Assembly: GCA_001029795.1 (NCBI GenBank)
Contig: CP011216.1
Location: 134,903 to 198,902 of the forward strand
From: a candidate division Kazan bacterium GW2011_GWA1_50_15
Lineage (GTDB): Bacteria > Patescibacteriota > Kazan-3B-28
Direction: 5' to 3'
Length of the DNA: 64,000 nucleotides
Shown: piece by piece, positions 37,826 through 49,303 of the stretch
Numbering within the stretch: position 1 is the first letter of the stretch
How the letters are laid out: each line of letters opens with the position of its first letter
Program-made: the position numbers and the translations under genes
Notes under the pieces: model-generated
What the model saw: only the letters and a program-made list of their open reading frames with translations
Databases searched by the model: none
What the model was told of the DNA's origin: nothing

Positions 37826-37939
37826 GGTTCACCTCCAAAGTGAAAGTGAGTTCAGTTAAACATATGATAATAGGGGTGTCAATATAAGTCGCTTCTGGAG
37901 CGACTTATAGTTATATGGCTGATGGATGCGAGAGGCGAA

Positions 37940-38962
37940 CTACGAAACGAAAGCCGACAAGCTATTGGCGGCGTAGGCAATGTAAATAACGAACAATATC
38001 ACCCCTTCACGCCGCGTCAGCATATTTTTCGACCACATTAAAATCCCGAACACGATCACCGACACCACCAAAAACGCGGCCGAGATGGCAGTGCTGTTAA
38101 ACGCGGTGATGGTAAACGGCCGGATAAGAGCCAGCAGTCCAAGAGTGGGGACGTTCAAGAGAACGTTACTTAAAAGATCACCCAAAACCAGATTTTGTGA
38201 CCGTTTGTATGATTGGGTTAGAACCAAGGTCAGTTCCGGCAGATTAGTGCCAATGGATAGGACTAGTAAACCGATTAGCAGCGGAGGGACATTTAAAGCG
38301 CTGGCTACGAATAACGATGAACCAACTAAATAGTAGGCCGAGGTTAAAATGACAGCCAGAGCGATAATTAGAATAGTAACCTCGCGCCCCAGATGGGTGT
38401 ACCGGCCTTTGGGCGCCGGAATAGACAGGTGCGGCTCATAAATGTTCCGCCGTTGATACATGCGTGCGGCGAACAGCAGGTAAGCTCCCACTAGCCAGAT
38501 GCCGTCCAGGCGGGTGAGGTGGCCGTCCATGACCGCCACGGCCGGCAGAACACTGATGGCGAGGTACAGCAGAAAATCATCATTTTTTAGAAATCGATTA
38601 ATGGACAACTTCCCGGCCAAAATGGCGGCCAGACCGGCCAATAGAGACATAATCACGATACTGGCGCCCAAGAGATTACCCAAAGATAACCCCGAGACGT
38701 TGCGCAAACCAGAGTTGATAGCCACAGTGATCTCTGGCGTAGAGGTGGCAAGACCAACGATGAAGAAACCAATGACGAAATCGTTGGTATGAAAAAGTTT
38801 AGCGATTTTGTGGGCGCTTTTGGTCGCAAAACTAGCCGCCGTACCCAGCGCATACGAAAGGGCGAACAATAGCAATATCTGAGTCGTTAACACCTTTTGA
38901 TTATGCCGTACCAGGGGGGAGTTGTCAGCCCTGGGGTTATGGCAACCGATTTTGCTGTACAA
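37940..38962 (-). CDS. Ca2+/Na+ antiporter (CaCA/YrbG family)
   Basis: Two alpha-repeat regions ([16 protein letters not shown]; [20 protein letters not shown]) in a 10-TM protein. Confidence 0.7.
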   Translation of the reverse strand: MYSKIGCHNPRADNSPLVRHNQKVLTTQILLLFALSYALGTAASFATKSAHKIAKLFHTNDFVIGFFIVGLATSTPEITVAINSGLRNVSGLSLGNLLGASIVIMSLLAGLAAILAGKLSINRFLKNDDFLLYLAISVLPAVAVMDGHLTRLDGIWLVGAYLLFAARMYQRRNIYEPHLSIPAPKGRYTHLGREVTILIIALAVILTSAYYLVGSSLFVASALNVPPLLIGLLVLSIGTNLPELTLVLTQSYKRSQNLVLGDLLSNVLLNVPTLGLLALIRPFTITAFNSTAISAAFLVVSVIVFGILMWSKNMLTRREGVILFVIYIAYAANSLSAFVS

Positions 38963-40137
38963 TGGGCGGTGAGATATTGGGGGTAGTTTTAATTATGGAA
39001 AGATGGAACGGGGGCAATCGAGTGGAGGAGACGCCAAGCGCTCCAGAGACCGCAAGCGTTCCCGAAACGGCGCCGGCTAAATCAAACGACCCGGCCAACG
39101 AAATTTGGCAGGGGAGTAATTTTGCCCAATATCTCGGATACGCCAGGGAGATAAAACAGCGGTTAGCGGAGGATCCGGCGCTGAAAAGCTACCTGAACCC
39201 GCCTCAGAACGAAACCAACGGTCGGATGTTTCGTGGCGGTGGAATGGGTTATTCCGGGGCCGAGATTAGAGCAGCCGAATATTTAGACGGGGAAGATACA
39301 GCGTTGGCTTATATGAGAGAAGTCCGTCGTATCCCGTTGCTTACTCCCGCGGAGGAGGCCTATCTTACGCGGCGATACCGGGAGGGCGACATGTCGGCCA
39401 AAGACCGATTAGTACGGGCCAATCAAAGATTGGTTATATCGATAGCTAAGCGGTATCTGCATCGGGGGCTGACTTTCATGGACTTAATCCAAGAAGGGAA
39501 TTTAGGGCTGATGCGGGCGCTAGAAAAATTTAGCCCTGAGCGAGGTCTTAAGGTGTCGACCTATGCCACGTGGTGGATACGCCAGCGCATCAGCCGGGCT
39601 CTTGGCGAACAGGGTGAACTGATCAGTAAACCCAACCACGTAGTGGAGACCATTATTCGGATCTACAAAGCCAAGCGCGAACTGCAGAATGAGTTAGGAG
39701 GCGAACCAACGTCAGAAGAACTATCGGCTAGAACCGGCATGGAACCCGGACACCTGCAAGAGGTAATAACTTACGGCGAGCGAGTGATGTCGCTGGACCA
39801 AGCCATCGGGGACAGCAATGAGAGAGATCAAATGGATCTCAAGGAGGTGCTGGCCGATACCCAGTCGGTTACGCCCGAACAGGATGCCGATGTGCTGTTG
39901 ACCGCCTCGGCGGTCCAATATGGTTTGCGGCATGGCGGATTAAAGCCTCGAGAGATGCAAGTCATCGATATGCGGTTTGGTCTGACCGATGGCAGATGTT
40001 TTGCCTTGGAAGATATTGGCAAAGCACTGAATGTGACTCGCGAACGCGCCAGGCAGATAGAGGTCAAAGCTCTGCGCAAACTCCGCCGAACTAAAACTTA
40101 CTGGGAAGACATCCGCCGAATGATAGACGATAACTAG
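38962..40137 (+). CDS. RNA polymerase sigma-70 family factor (RpoD-like; true start probably downstream)
   Basis: Region 2 ([35 protein letters not shown]), region 3 and region 4 ([28 protein letters not shown]). Confidence 0.8.
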   Translation: MGGEILGVVLIMERWNGGNRVEETPSAPETASVPETAPAKSNDPANEIWQGSNFAQYLGYAREIKQRLAEDPALKSYLNPPQNETNGRMFRGGGMGYSGAEIRAAEYLDGEDTALAYMREVRRIPLLTPAEEAYLTRRYREGDMSAKDRLVRANQRLVISIAKRYLHRGLTFMDLIQEGNLGLMRALEKFSPERGLKVSTYATWWIRQRISRALGEQGELISKPNHVVETIIRIYKAKRELQNELGGEPTSEELSARTGMEPGHLQEVITYGERVMSLDQAIGDSNERDQMDLKEVLADTQSVTPEQDADVLLTASAVQYGLRHGGLKPREMQVIDMRFGLTDGRCFALEDIGKALNVTRERARQIEVKALRKLRRTKTYWEDIRRMIDDN

Positions 40138-40183
40138 CTGATATAATGGTCTGGCTATCACTAACGATAATATAGTAAAGCTT

Positions 40184-40615
40184 ATGAATAGACCGATCGG
40201 TTCGTTAATAGCTATCATTGGTTTGCTGGCGCTGACCGGCGCGGCTTGCGGCCGCACGGCGACCAACATTACTCCAACTCCGACTAACACGACAACTGAT
40301 AACCAAAGCACTACCCCACCAGAGGTGACGCCAGCGGCCAAGATCGTGACGGTTAGCTACACTGGGACCGGGTTCAGCCCGAGTTCAGTTACCGTCAACG
40401 CAGGTGACACGGTTAAATTTATTAACACGGGGCAGACGTCGGCAGTGTGGCCGGCGGTCAATCCTCATCCTGTCCACACCAGTGTCCCCGGGTTCGATGC
40501 CGGGAAGCCTCTTGCGAGTGGCGGGACTTACTCGTTCACTTTCACGGCGAGGGGAACGTTTGGGTATCATAACCACCTTAATCCCGCGCAGACCGGTACG
40601 ATAGTTGTGCAATGA
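40184..40615 (+). CDS. Cupredoxin-like lipoprotein (no Cys ligand)
   Basis: Lipobox (LALTGAACG) and a cupredoxin-like beta-sandwich pattern with YHNH but no copper-ligand Cys. Confidence 0.4.
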   Translation: MNRPIGSLIAIIGLLALTGAACGRTATNITPTPTNTTTDNQSTTPPEVTPAAKIVTVSYTGTGFSPSSVTVNAGDTVKFINTGQTSAVWPAVNPHPVHTSVPGFDAGKPLASGGTYSFTFTARGTFGYHNHLNPAQTGTIVVQ

Positions 40616-41817
40616 GATCAGGGTTACCGTCCAACTGGAAAGCCACAGCCGCCATATTTGGGGGGTTGGTGATCGTGTTTGTGGTAGTGGCGTGGTTAGC
40701 TGGCAGAATGACAACAGCACCGGCTTTTATTGGCGATAGTGCGTATCAGTCGTTAGTTTCGGCGCGGACAGTTTCCCGGGTAGCTGATAATTTAGGCCCG
40801 GTGACGAGAATTAAATTGACGCCGGACGAATTGCTGATGTTCGTGACAAATCTTAACGGCGAAGTTTTTGTTCTGGCCAAGGACGGTGACCAGTACATCA
40901 AGCAGGATACGCCGGTTTATAAAGTTAGGACCGGGTTCGTTCTGGGTGAAGAGAACGGGATGACGGGATTAGTCGTCAGTCAGAACTTTTCGGTTAACCA
41001 CTACATCTTTTTGACCTATGCCCAGCGGGAGGGGTCGGTGGGCCGCAACCGCATCTTGCGGTTGACGGTGGAGAAACAGGGCGAAGTGTATGTTGGCACC
41101 GAGCCAAAAGTTATCTTTACTGGCAACACGCCGGTACTTGGGGCGCATCAAATTCAAGGCGGAGTGAGCGTGATGATAGAGAGTCAACCGCACCTACTGT
41201 TTGCCGTCGGCGAGGCCTATCATCCCGGATACGCCCAGGACTTAGGGCGAGAAGCCGGCAAGTTGATGTTGATAACTGAAGATGGCGACAACCCTTACGG
41301 CGCCAGGCCGTGGCCGCAGTACCCTAAACTGCAGGCCATTGGTATCCGCAATGTTTATGACTTGAGCGTGGATCCGCAGACCAACTGGCTGTACTTTACC
41401 GACAACGGTCCCGACAGTAACGATACGATTATTCACGCGCCGGTTTTGGATGGTACCAGGCAGTTTGATTTCAACTGGCACAATAACGCCGATGACCTGT
41501 TAAATCCTTTGGAGAACGGTCAGCCGCATCCGGAGTACGTTGTCTATCATTGGCCGGTGACGGTGGCGCCGACCGATATCGCGGCGGATAATATCGGCCG
41601 GTTTTACTTCAATATCTTTTCCTCGGTGCGCGAGCCGCAAAAAGAGTTGGTGATGGGTAAATTAAATGGTCAGGGGATTGCTGCCTTGCAGACTATTGCC
41701 AACCGGCGACCCGATGTGGCTGGAGGAAATCTGCTAGGATTGGCGTTATCTGATAATGGGAGTATTTATTTTGGGGATTTTCTGGATGGGGCGATCTATC
41801 GTTTCGGGAGGTTGTAG
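40612..41817 (+). CDS. Beta-propeller protein (soluble sugar dehydrogenase/SGDH-like)
   Basis: TM anchor and a repetitive beta-propeller-like sequence (GDFLDGAIYRF at the C-terminus). Confidence 0.3.
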   Translation: MRSGLPSNWKATAAIFGGLVIVFVVVAWLAGRMTTAPAFIGDSAYQSLVSARTVSRVADNLGPVTRIKLTPDELLMFVTNLNGEVFVLAKDGDQYIKQDTPVYKVRTGFVLGEENGMTGLVVSQNFSVNHYIFLTYAQREGSVGRNRILRLTVEKQGEVYVGTEPKVIFTGNTPVLGAHQIQGGVSVMIESQPHLLFAVGEAYHPGYAQDLGREAGKLMLITEDGDNPYGARPWPQYPKLQAIGIRNVYDLSVDPQTNWLYFTDNGPDSNDTIIHAPVLDGTRQFDFNWHNNADDLLNPLENGQPHPEYVVYHWPVTVAPTDIAADNIGRFYFNIFSSVREPQKELVMGKLNGQGIAALQTIANRRPDVAGGNLLGLALSDNGSIYFGDFLDGAIYRFGRL

Positions 41818-41844
41818 CAAGCGCGAGCTGTTATAATAGAAGGG

Positions 41845-42786
41845 ATGGAACACCCGACCAAATACAACTTTGCCAGAGATGGATTCATCTATCTGTTGAG
41901 CTACGCCACTTTGGTGATTACCAGCGTGAGCGTGAATTTTTTGGCTAAGGCGTTGGTTAACCGGTGGATACCGGACGCGGTCAGTAACGAGTTCCTGGCG
42001 ATGGACAGCGCCATTATCGGATTTCTGGCGGCAGCGGTTATCGCTCTGCCGGTATTTATCTATTTGAGCTATCTGGCCAATAAGATGCTGGGGGCCAAAA
42101 CCATGCGGGCGGATAGCGGGGTGCGGCATTGGTTGATATATATCACGCTGGTGGTGGTGATATTAATCATTATCTGGCAGTTGGCGGTGCTGTTCTTCTC
42201 GTTCCTGAACGGGACATTGATACTGCAGTTTGGGGTGCACACTTTGATCACGCTAATTATTGCCGGGTTGATCTTGTGGTATCAGTGGTGGCACCTGAAG
42301 TTTTTCGCCGGTGAGCCAAAAAAATTAGGAGTGGGATTTAAGGTTTTTGAATGGACGGCGCTGGCCGTTATTATCGCGATAATCAGCTGGACCTTTACGA
42401 CCATCGCCAGCCCGGCAGAACAGCGAGCCAAGAATTTGGATAAGACGCGGGTGGAGCGGCTGACTTACATTCGCGACGCGGTGCAGAGCTTTTACGGCTT
42501 CGATAAAATTAGCGGTCATCTGCGGCTGCCGCAGAGTTTGGCCGAGCTAGAAAAGGATGCGCGGGTGTACCTGCCCGGCGATGGGTTAGTGGACCCGGTG
42601 ACCAAAGAACAGTTCGCTTACCGCGTGATCAACAAAACTACTTACGAGCTGTGCGCTGCTTTCGATACCGAGTTTAAAGAAGCGTCAACTAATGCTGTCC
42701 CGGCACCGGAGTCGGTACCGGATAGTCGGATGAAGATGTTTTATCACGGTATTGGGACGAAATGTTTTGAGCTGAAGGTAGGATAG
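41845..42786 (+). CDS. Membrane protein with C-terminal type IV pilin-like domain
   Basis: Several TM helices, then KTRVERLTYIRDAVQSFYGF... resembling pseudopilin/pilin alpha-beta domains. Confidence 0.35.
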   Translation: MEHPTKYNFARDGFIYLLSYATLVITSVSVNFLAKALVNRWIPDAVSNEFLAMDSAIIGFLAAAVIALPVFIYLSYLANKMLGAKTMRADSGVRHWLIYITLVVVILIIIWQLAVLFFSFLNGTLILQFGVHTLITLIIAGLILWYQWWHLKFFAGEPKKLGVGFKVFEWTALAVIIAIISWTFTTIASPAEQRAKNLDKTRVERLTYIRDAVQSFYGFDKISGHLRLPQSLAELEKDARVYLPGDGLVDPVTKEQFAYRVINKTTYELCAAFDTEFKEASTNAVPAPESVPDSRMKMFYHGIGTKCFELKVG

Positions 42787-42799
42787 TTTTTCCAAGTGT

Positions 42800-43075
42800 T
42801 CCAGCCTCGCTTGACCGGGCGTTTCTTTTTGCCACCATTTTGATTGCCCAAAACGGTGGCGCCAAAAGGGCACCCCGCTCACAAATCATGAGCCAATTTA
42901 AGCAAAATTGGCCTTTCTGGTTTTTCCGCCAGCTGGCGGACGCAAACTCGTTCCCCGACAAGTCGGGGTCCTCAAACATGCTGGACCAAGCGGCCAATTT
43001 TTCTATTGGCTTGCATAATTTGCTCGACGGGTCCCATAACACAAGACAGCCCTCCTCCAATGGCGGAGGGAAGAA
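42800..43075 (+). repeat. Mosaic intergenic repeat, copy E (related to 28040-28290)
   Basis: See copy D. It also carries sub-blocks shared with family 1: tcaaacatgc, and tccaatggcggaggg (compare A: tccaatggcggaagg). Confidence 0.6.
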
Positions 43076-43103
43076 TCCTAGATTTCTAGTATTAGATGCT
43101 AGT

Positions 43104-43132
43104 TGACAAAGATGGATTTGTATGGTATAATA
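43104..43132 (+). promoter_or_regulatory. Consensus sigma-70 promoter (TTGACA-17-TATAAT) giving an apparently leaderless transcript
   Basis: ttgaca(43104-09)-17 nt-tataat(43127-32); the ATG of the downstream gene is at 43140, 7 nt after the -10. Confidence 0.6.
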
Positions 43133-43139
43133 GAAAGAT

Positions 43140-43925
43140 ATGAAAGATATGCTCTGGCTGCACCTTTTAAGGAAGAAGGGCCAGCGCCGTAACGGAACGG
43201 CGGTGGTTGTGTTGCCGGGGTTGATTCCCAATTCGACTTTGTTTGATGAAACTGTGCAGCAGCTGACGGCAGGAGGGGACTTATGGGAACTGCTCTACCC
43301 GAATCGGTATATTGACGAGAGCGATCTTCTGATCGGGGTAACCCAGGAACTCAAGCAGCTGCGGTATAAAAAGGTCGTGTTAGTCGGGGTGTCATTTGGC
43401 GGGACATTAGCGTACCTACTGTTGCGGCACTGGCGCCGATTGAGAGTACCATTCCAAGTACAAGGTTTTGTGGCGGTCTCAGCACCCTTTGACCCAGCAG
43501 ACGTGTCGTGGGCAGCTAAATTAGAGTTGCGTCTAGGACACGGGTTGTATCGGCATATGCGGAGGTTGTTCCGAGGGGTTTTGCGTGTGGTGAGGTTGGT
43601 TTGGCTGTATGACTGGCGGCCGGACAAGCGGGCGTATGTGCACGAGAATTCGTTCAGTCAGATGGTCAATGGGCTACGGATGAGTCACGTGTTGGGACGG
43701 ACCCGATTTGTAGAGATAGCGTTCCAGGATCTGCCAGCGTTGCTATTGAATACTGTAACTGGGGTGCGTGACAACCTTGTGTCGCGCAATAATGAAAAAA
43801 GTTTTGCGCGTTTGTTTCCGGCCGGGATGATAGTGCGGGGGTTAAATGAGCACGCCAGTCTGGACTGTCTGACCCGTCCGGCCCGGACGACGCTAAATCG
43901 GTTTTTAGCCGGGTTGGCCCGCTAA
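43140..43925 (+). CDS. Alpha/beta hydrolase fold protein
   Basis: GVSFGG (GxSxG nucleophile elbow) and alpha/beta-hydrolase-like periodicity. Confidence 0.45.
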   Translation: MKDMLWLHLLRKKGQRRNGTAVVVLPGLIPNSTLFDETVQQLTAGGDLWELLYPNRYIDESDLLIGVTQELKQLRYKKVVLVGVSFGGTLAYLLLRHWRRLRVPFQVQGFVAVSAPFDPADVSWAAKLELRLGHGLYRHMRRLFRGVLRVVRLVWLYDWRPDKRAYVHENSFSQMVNGLRMSHVLGRTRFVEIAFQDLPALLLNTVTGVRDNLVSRNNEKSFARLFPAGMIVRGLNEHASLDCLTRPARTTLNRFLAGLAR

Positions 43926-43957
43926 CGGTACAATGGGAGCGAAGGGGGTGATGCACA

Positions 43958-44317
43958 TTGGAACTGTCGTTAGTGCTGTCTAGACATTTGGATGAGTGTC
44001 TGCTTCGGCTTGGTCGGATAGACCCGAGTCATATCCGATTTGTGTGCCAAGGTCAAACTATCGAGCTGTGGGGCTATCTGCATAGCTTGCGCCACTCGAA
44101 TGTGCCGTTGGTCGTTGTGCGCGGGGTAGCGCCAGAGACAGTAACGGCTCAGATCATTCCGCGGGTCCGACTGGCTGGCTGGGTAGAGTACGTGATTGAC
44201 GGTTGGGACCGGGACAGGCTGCGCAGCTATGACTTTAGTTTTGATCTGCTCTGCCCCGATCCGCCGACACCCAACCCCACCAGCGTGTTGTTCCTTTCCC
44301 GGAACGGCCGCCGTTAA
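43958..44317 (+). CDS. Hypothetical protein
   Basis: 119-aa ORF followed by a terminator at 44318-44348. Confidence 0.25.
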   Translation: MELSLVLSRHLDECLLRLGRIDPSHIRFVCQGQTIELWGYLHSLRHSNVPLVVVRGVAPETVTAQIIPRVRLAGWVEYVIDGWDRDRLRSYDFSFDLLCPDPPTPNPTSVLFLSRNGRR

Positions 44318-44457
44318 GCCGTCCTGCTTACAGCAAGGACGGCTTTTTGCTTGTCAGTGGCTCTAAATTGTGATATAAGTGGAAGCGAAGGAGTCATGGG
44401 TTAACCGCCTTTATCTCATGGTTCCAATGTTCTTTCATTCCACGGGAGGTAGTTGTA

Positions 44458-44793
44458 ATGGTAGGTTCTTTGAGTAATGGTGTGCGTCGTAACACTCAGA
44501 GCAAAGAAGAAATATTAGCCTCGATCACCCGGGCGGCCGAGAAGGCCCCGACTGACGAGCACTACTTCGGCGCTCAGCTCTTCAACTTCATCGAGTGGGC
44601 CCGCGAGGCCGGTCTCGATGGAGGCGAGGTCATGGAAGCGGTTCATAAGGGTGGCTTAAAAACGCCGCGCCTGATCGACATCCTTGACACGCTCAAAGCC
44701 AAACACGGCGAAGAGAAGATTACACGGCAATTCCCCAATGTTAACGCTATGGCGCTTGGGCACCACGTTGACATGGGGGCCGCGCACGCCTAA
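44458..44793 (+). CDS. Hypothetical protein
   Basis: 111-aa ORF followed by a hairpin at 44822-44850. Confidence 0.3.
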   Translation: MVGSLSNGVRRNTQSKEEILASITRAAEKAPTDEHYFGAQLFNFIEWAREAGLDGGEVMEAVHKGGLKTPRLIDILDTLKAKHGEEKITRQFPNVNAMALGHHVDMGAAHA

Positions 44794-44920
44794 AGAGGTT
44801 TATCCTCCCCGTTGCATTATTGAGCCGGCCTGTTTTATGGGCCGGCTCTTCCGTATCTTCAGACCTTGGAAAAGGGCCAGTTTACAGATATAATGGAGGT
44901 ATCAAAAAGGTAAGACCAGT

Positions 44921-45916
44921 ATGGAGATCGAGGACGAAATTACCGCCGAAGAGGCTAATGAGATAGAGGCAGAGGCTACTACAATGAAGCGTCCACGCCG
45001 TCCGCGGAGCATGGGAGTGATTTTGACCGTTTTTGCGGCCGTGATAGTTGTTTTGGTAGGCGGGTTGGCCTCGTACTACTACTACACCTTCCAGCGCCAA
45101 GGAGTGGTCAGCGAACAAGAGCTACGGGATGTTTGGGATGAAACAGTGCTAGTAACCGTAACGCTGACCAATCGGTTCCAAACAGTGGATAAATTCGAGC
45201 AGATAGACGCTTCGGGTAAGAACTCTTTCGTAGAAGCGCTGAATGATGCTAACCGAACTGTCCGCGATGGGATGTTTTCATTAAGAAATCAAGCCGGCTT
45301 GGGAGTTGATGCCAGCACATTCGCCAGCAAGTTCAACTCGTTTTTGGATGACTATGGCGGGATGTTGACCGAATTGAGACGGATCATTGACCGCAAATCC
45401 GAAATCGATAGTCTGACCGCTTTGGACCAACTACTGGCCGATAAAGATGCGATGGAGAAGTCATATGATGATCTTTTACTGGTGAGTCGCGGGTTTATCC
45501 AAGCCAACCTGCCGCGGGCGATATTCGATCTGCCAGGAAGCATCTCTGACTTGTTGAAAAAACAGTTGGACGAGCAGGGGACCCAAGACGAACAGACGAA
45601 AGCTGCCCGCCAGGCGGCCGAGGGGGTGGTAACCCAGTTCGCTCAAGCTTGGCAGGACCGCGACGGTGGGGCAATGACTAAGCTGCTGACGGCTGGAGCT
45701 AAGCGTGAGTTTAACCAGGGGATATTAGAGGACTCGTCGGACATTACCAGTTTCCGGATAATTACTACTGATCTGCCGGATCCGGCTAAGGCTGAGATCG
45801 ATAGCCAGCTGACAAAGGAGACCCCTGACGGGGTGACCAAGACGGAGAGCTGGCATTTTGTTGTCTTAAAAGATGGTGCCGGGAATTGGCTGATTGATAC
45901 CTGGCAGGCAAAATAG
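44921..45916 (+). CDS. Membrane-anchored hypothetical protein
   Basis: Acidic N-terminus, basic stretch plus TM helix (RPRRPRSMGVILTVFAAVIVVLVGGL), then a ~270-aa extracytoplasmic domain. Confidence 0.35.
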   Translation: MEIEDEITAEEANEIEAEATTMKRPRRPRSMGVILTVFAAVIVVLVGGLASYYYYTFQRQGVVSEQELRDVWDETVLVTVTLTNRFQTVDKFEQIDASGKNSFVEALNDANRTVRDGMFSLRNQAGLGVDASTFASKFNSFLDDYGGMLTELRRIIDRKSEIDSLTALDQLLADKDAMEKSYDDLLLVSRGFIQANLPRAIFDLPGSISDLLKKQLDEQGTQDEQTKAARQAAEGVVTQFAQAWQDRDGGAMTKLLTAGAKREFNQGILEDSSDITSFRIITTDLPDPAKAEIDSQLTKETPDGVTKTESWHFVVLKDGAGNWLIDTWQAK

Positions 45917-45987
45917 TAAAGTAGTTTAGTGGTCGGCCGCCCATGTCTTACTGGTTGGCCTGGGTTGGGTAGTTAATTGACTAATGT

Positions 45988-48798
45988 ATGGACGACAATA
46001 ATTTAGGCAAGATCGAACCTCGGGTCTTAGAGACTGAGATGCAGCAGTCGTATTTGAGTTACGCCATGAGCGTAATAGTTTCGCGCGCGCTGCCGGATGT
46101 CCGGGATGGCCTGAAGCCGGTCCACAGGCGGATCTTGTATGCCATGGAGCGAGAGGGTTTGCGGCACTCAGCCAAATATTCTAAATGTGCTGGTGTGGTG
46201 GGAGAGGTGTTGAAAAAGTATCACCCTCACGGCGATATGGCGGTCTATGATGCTCTGGTCCGGTTGGCCCAGCCGTGGAACTTGCGCTATCTGCTGGTGG
46301 ATGGCCAGGGCAACTTTGGTTCGGTCGATGGAGACTCAGCCGCGGCCTATCGGTACACCGAGGCGCGCTTGAGTAAGATCGCCGACGAGATCCTGGTTGA
46401 TCTAGAAAAAAATACGGTTGAGTTGGTGGATAACTTTGACGGGACGGCGAAGGAGCCAACGGTGCTGCCAACCCGAGTACCTCAGCTGTTGATGAACGGG
46501 ACGGTCGGTATCGCTGTGGGGATGGCTACGAACATCCCGCCGCACAATTTAGGCGAACTAATAGATGCCATCATGCATCTGATCGACAAGCCCGAGGCCG
46601 AGGTGGACGATTTACTGGAGTATGTTAAGGGCCCCGACTTTCCAACCGGCGGCATTATTTTTAATCCCAAAGATATTAAAGAGGCTTACGCTACCGGACA
46701 TGGCAAGATCGTAATGCGGGCGGTGGCGGAGATAGTCGAGGGTAAGAACGGCCATCAGATCATTGTGACGGAGCTGCCGTATCAGGTGAACAAAGCTACG
46801 CTGGTGGAGTCCATCGCTGAATTGGTTAAAAACAAGAAGCTGATCGGTATCGCGGACTTGAGAGACGAGTCGGACCGCAAAGGCATCCGTATCGCGGTGG
46901 ATCTGAAGCGGGACGCCTACCCGAGGAAGGTTTTGAACCAATTATTTAAGATGACGCAGATGCAGTCCAGTTTCCACGTCAACCTGTTGGCATTGGTGGA
47001 CGGTCTGCAGCCTAGGGTGTTGGACCTCAAGGCGGCGCTGCATCACTTTATCGAGCATCGCCGAGTGGTGGTTACGCGGCGGACTCAGTTCGAACTAAAA
47101 CGAGCGGAGGAGCGGGCGCACATCCTGGAAGGGTTTATGATCGCTCTCACCAATATCGACGCGATCATCAAGACGATCAAGCAATCGGCGACCAAAGAAG
47201 AGGCGCACACTAATCTGCAAAAAAAGTTCAAGCTGACCGATATTCAGGCTAGCGCTATTTTGGAGATGAGACTCTCGGCCTTGGCCGGACTGGAGCGTAA
47301 AAAAGTTGAAGAGGAGTACAAAGAAAAGAAAGCGCTGATCAAGAATCTGAAAGAGTTACTGGCAGACGCAAAAAAGATCGATCAAGTGATCAAGGATGAA
47401 TGCGAGGAGGTCAAAACCAAGTATGGTGATGAACGCCGGACTAAGATCAGTAATAAAGCGGTAGGCGAGTTTACCGATATGGACCTGATCCCCAACGAGG
47501 AGGTTGTGGTCACGATGAGCGTGGGCGGGTACATCAAACGCCAACAGATCGCCGAGTTCCGCACCCAGCGCCGGGGAGGCAAGGGCGTCATTGGGATGAC
47601 CACCAAAGAAGAAGATCAGATCAGCAGTATTCAGGTGGCTAAAAATCACGATGATATTCTCTTTTTCACCAACCGCGGTCGGGTGTTCAAGCAAAAAGTA
47701 TTCGAGATTCCCAAGGCCTCGCGCATCGCGCGCGGGACGGCGGTGGTCAACTTGATCCAGGTCGCGCCAGATGAACTAGTCACCACAGTGATGAGTTTAG
47801 CTGAGTTCGACGAGAAAGATGACTTGGTAATGATCACCAAACAAGGCGTGATCAAGAAAACCCAGTTGTTGGCTTATGCTAATATCCGCAGCAACGGCTT
47901 GATCGCGATTAAGTTAGACGAAGGCGATGAACTAACTTGGGTGCGGCGGTCTCGGCCGGGCGACGAGGTGATCATCGCTACGCGTCTAGGCCAGTCGATC
48001 CGATTTAAAGAAGCTGACGCCAGGCCGCTCGGGCGTTCAACCCGCGGGGTGCGGGCAATTAAACTGCGCGCTAAAGATGAAGTGATTGGTGCGGATGTCG
48101 CCAAACAGGGGCAGGCTATGGCTTTGTTGGTGATATCGGAAAAAGGGATGGGCAAACAGACCATGGTTTCGCAATACACACTGCAGCACCGTGGTGGGAT
48201 CGGGATCAAAACCATGAACATCACCGACAAGACCGGCAAACTGGTCGGGGCCAAGCTAGTCGGGCGGGGGCTCAAGAGCGACATGATCGTTACTTCCACT
48301 GAAGGTCAGATCATTCGGATGCCACTGAAGGGTGTGCCGACTCTGGGACGGGCGACCCAAGGCGTGCGGCTGATGCGGATGAAGGGTGCGGACAAGGTAG
48401 CTTCATTCACGGTATTGATCATGGAGGAGGCCGATGGCAGTCTGAGTAACCCCAACGAAGAGTTAACCGAGAGCGAACTGGCCAAGCTTCCAGCTGTTGA
48501 GGTAATGGAGGACAAAAAGCCGGTCAAGGCTAAATCCGAGTCAAGCCGGGAGGTCAGACCGGCGGCAAAACCGGAGGCGAAGGTTCAGCCAAAATCTTTT
48601 GCGAAACGAGTGCTAGCTAAGCCGGCCGCCGCTAAACCAGTAAGCCGGATGAAGAGTAAAGTTACAAAACCAGCATCCAAGAAATCATTTACGGTGCGCA
48701 AACTGGTCAAGCCGGCGGCGGCCAAGCCGTCTAGCCGGATCAAGAGTAAAATCACCAAACGACCGGCTAAAACCTTTACTCGCAGGAAATTAAGGTAA
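45988..48798 (+). CDS. gyrA: DNA gyrase subunit A with Lys/Ala/Pro-rich C-terminal tail
   Basis: Active-site region [10 protein letters not shown] (Tyr), QRR loop and a GyrA-box-like beta-pinwheel; the C-terminal ~90 aa are basic AKP repeats. Confidence 0.9.
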   Translation: MDDNNLGKIEPRVLETEMQQSYLSYAMSVIVSRALPDVRDGLKPVHRRILYAMEREGLRHSAKYSKCAGVVGEVLKKYHPHGDMAVYDALVRLAQPWNLRYLLVDGQGNFGSVDGDSAAAYRYTEARLSKIADEILVDLEKNTVELVDNFDGTAKEPTVLPTRVPQLLMNGTVGIAVGMATNIPPHNLGELIDAIMHLIDKPEAEVDDLLEYVKGPDFPTGGIIFNPKDIKEAYATGHGKIVMRAVAEIVEGKNGHQIIVTELPYQVNKATLVESIAELVKNKKLIGIADLRDESDRKGIRIAVDLKRDAYPRKVLNQLFKMTQMQSSFHVNLLALVDGLQPRVLDLKAALHHFIEHRRVVVTRRTQFELKRAEERAHILEGFMIALTNIDAIIKTIKQSATKEEAHTNLQKKFKLTDIQASAILEMRLSALAGLERKKVEEEYKEKKALIKNLKELLADAKKIDQVIKDECEEVKTKYGDERRTKISNKAVGEFTDMDLIPNEEVVVTMSVGGYIKRQQIAEFRTQRRGGKGVIGMTTKEEDQISSIQVAKNHDDILFFTNRGRVFKQKVFEIPKASRIARGTAVVNLIQVAPDELVTTVMSLAEFDEKDDLVMITKQGVIKKTQLLAYANIRSNGLIAIKLDEGDELTWVRRSRPGDEVIIATRLGQSIRFKEADARPLGRSTRGVRAIKLRAKDEVIGADVAKQGQAMALLVISEKGMGKQTMVSQYTLQHRGGIGIKTMNITDKTGKLVGAKLVGRGLKSDMIVTSTEGQIIRMPLKGVPTLGRATQGVRLMRMKGADKVASFTVLIMEEADGSLSNPNEELTESELAKLPAVEVMEDKKPVKAKSESSREVRPAAKPEAKVQPKSFAKRVLAKPAAAKPVSRMKSKVTKPASKKSFTVRKLVKPAAAKPSSRIKSKITKRPAKTFTRRKLR

Positions 48799-48803
48799 AT
48801 TTT

Positions 48804-49211
48804 ATGTCTTTACTTAATTTATTTCACATCAGTTATTATTTTGATAACAATCTCGGATCCACATTCACCGGGTTCTGGTTTGCGTTGGTCGTAGCCAGTT
48901 TGCTGATAATGGCCAGCGTAATAGTTAATATTAAATCTAAGCGGTGGTCGTATTTCTACCGGCAGATAGCCGTTCGGGCGACCCAGATCGGTTCGATCGT
49001 TGGTTGGATTGGGCTGATCTGGCTATTTTTCCGGTATGAGGGTATTCCATACTTTACCTGGCGGGTGTGGCCGGCGCTGCTGTTTATTTATGTGCTGGTG
49101 GCGCTCTACTATCTGGTGCGGTTTATCAAAGTGGATTATCCGGAACGGCAAAAACAGCGGGGGAGCCGGGCGGATAAGGATATTTATTTAAGAAAGTTTC
49201 TTGGGAAGTAG
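48804..49211 (+). CDS. Small membrane protein
   Basis: 135 aa with three or four hydrophobic helices. Confidence 0.4.
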   Translation: MSLLNLFHISYYFDNNLGSTFTGFWFALVVASLLIMASVIVNIKSKRWSYFYRQIAVRATQIGSIVGWIGLIWLFFRYEGIPYFTWRVWPALLFIYVLVALYYLVRFIKVDYPERQKQRGSRADKDIYLRKFLGK

Positions 49212-49217
49212 TCGGGG

Positions 49218-49246
49218 TTGACTGGGGATAGCTCCTAGGGTATACT
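49218..49246 (+). promoter_or_regulatory. Sigma-70 promoter upstream of rpsA (TTGACT-17-TATACT)
   Basis: ttgact(49218-23)-17 nt-tatact(49241-46). Confidence 0.5.
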
Positions 49247-49303
49247 CCCGACATATAGCACTGTTTGATAAGGTCATACTTTTAAACTTTCTCCCGAGGT
49301 GTC

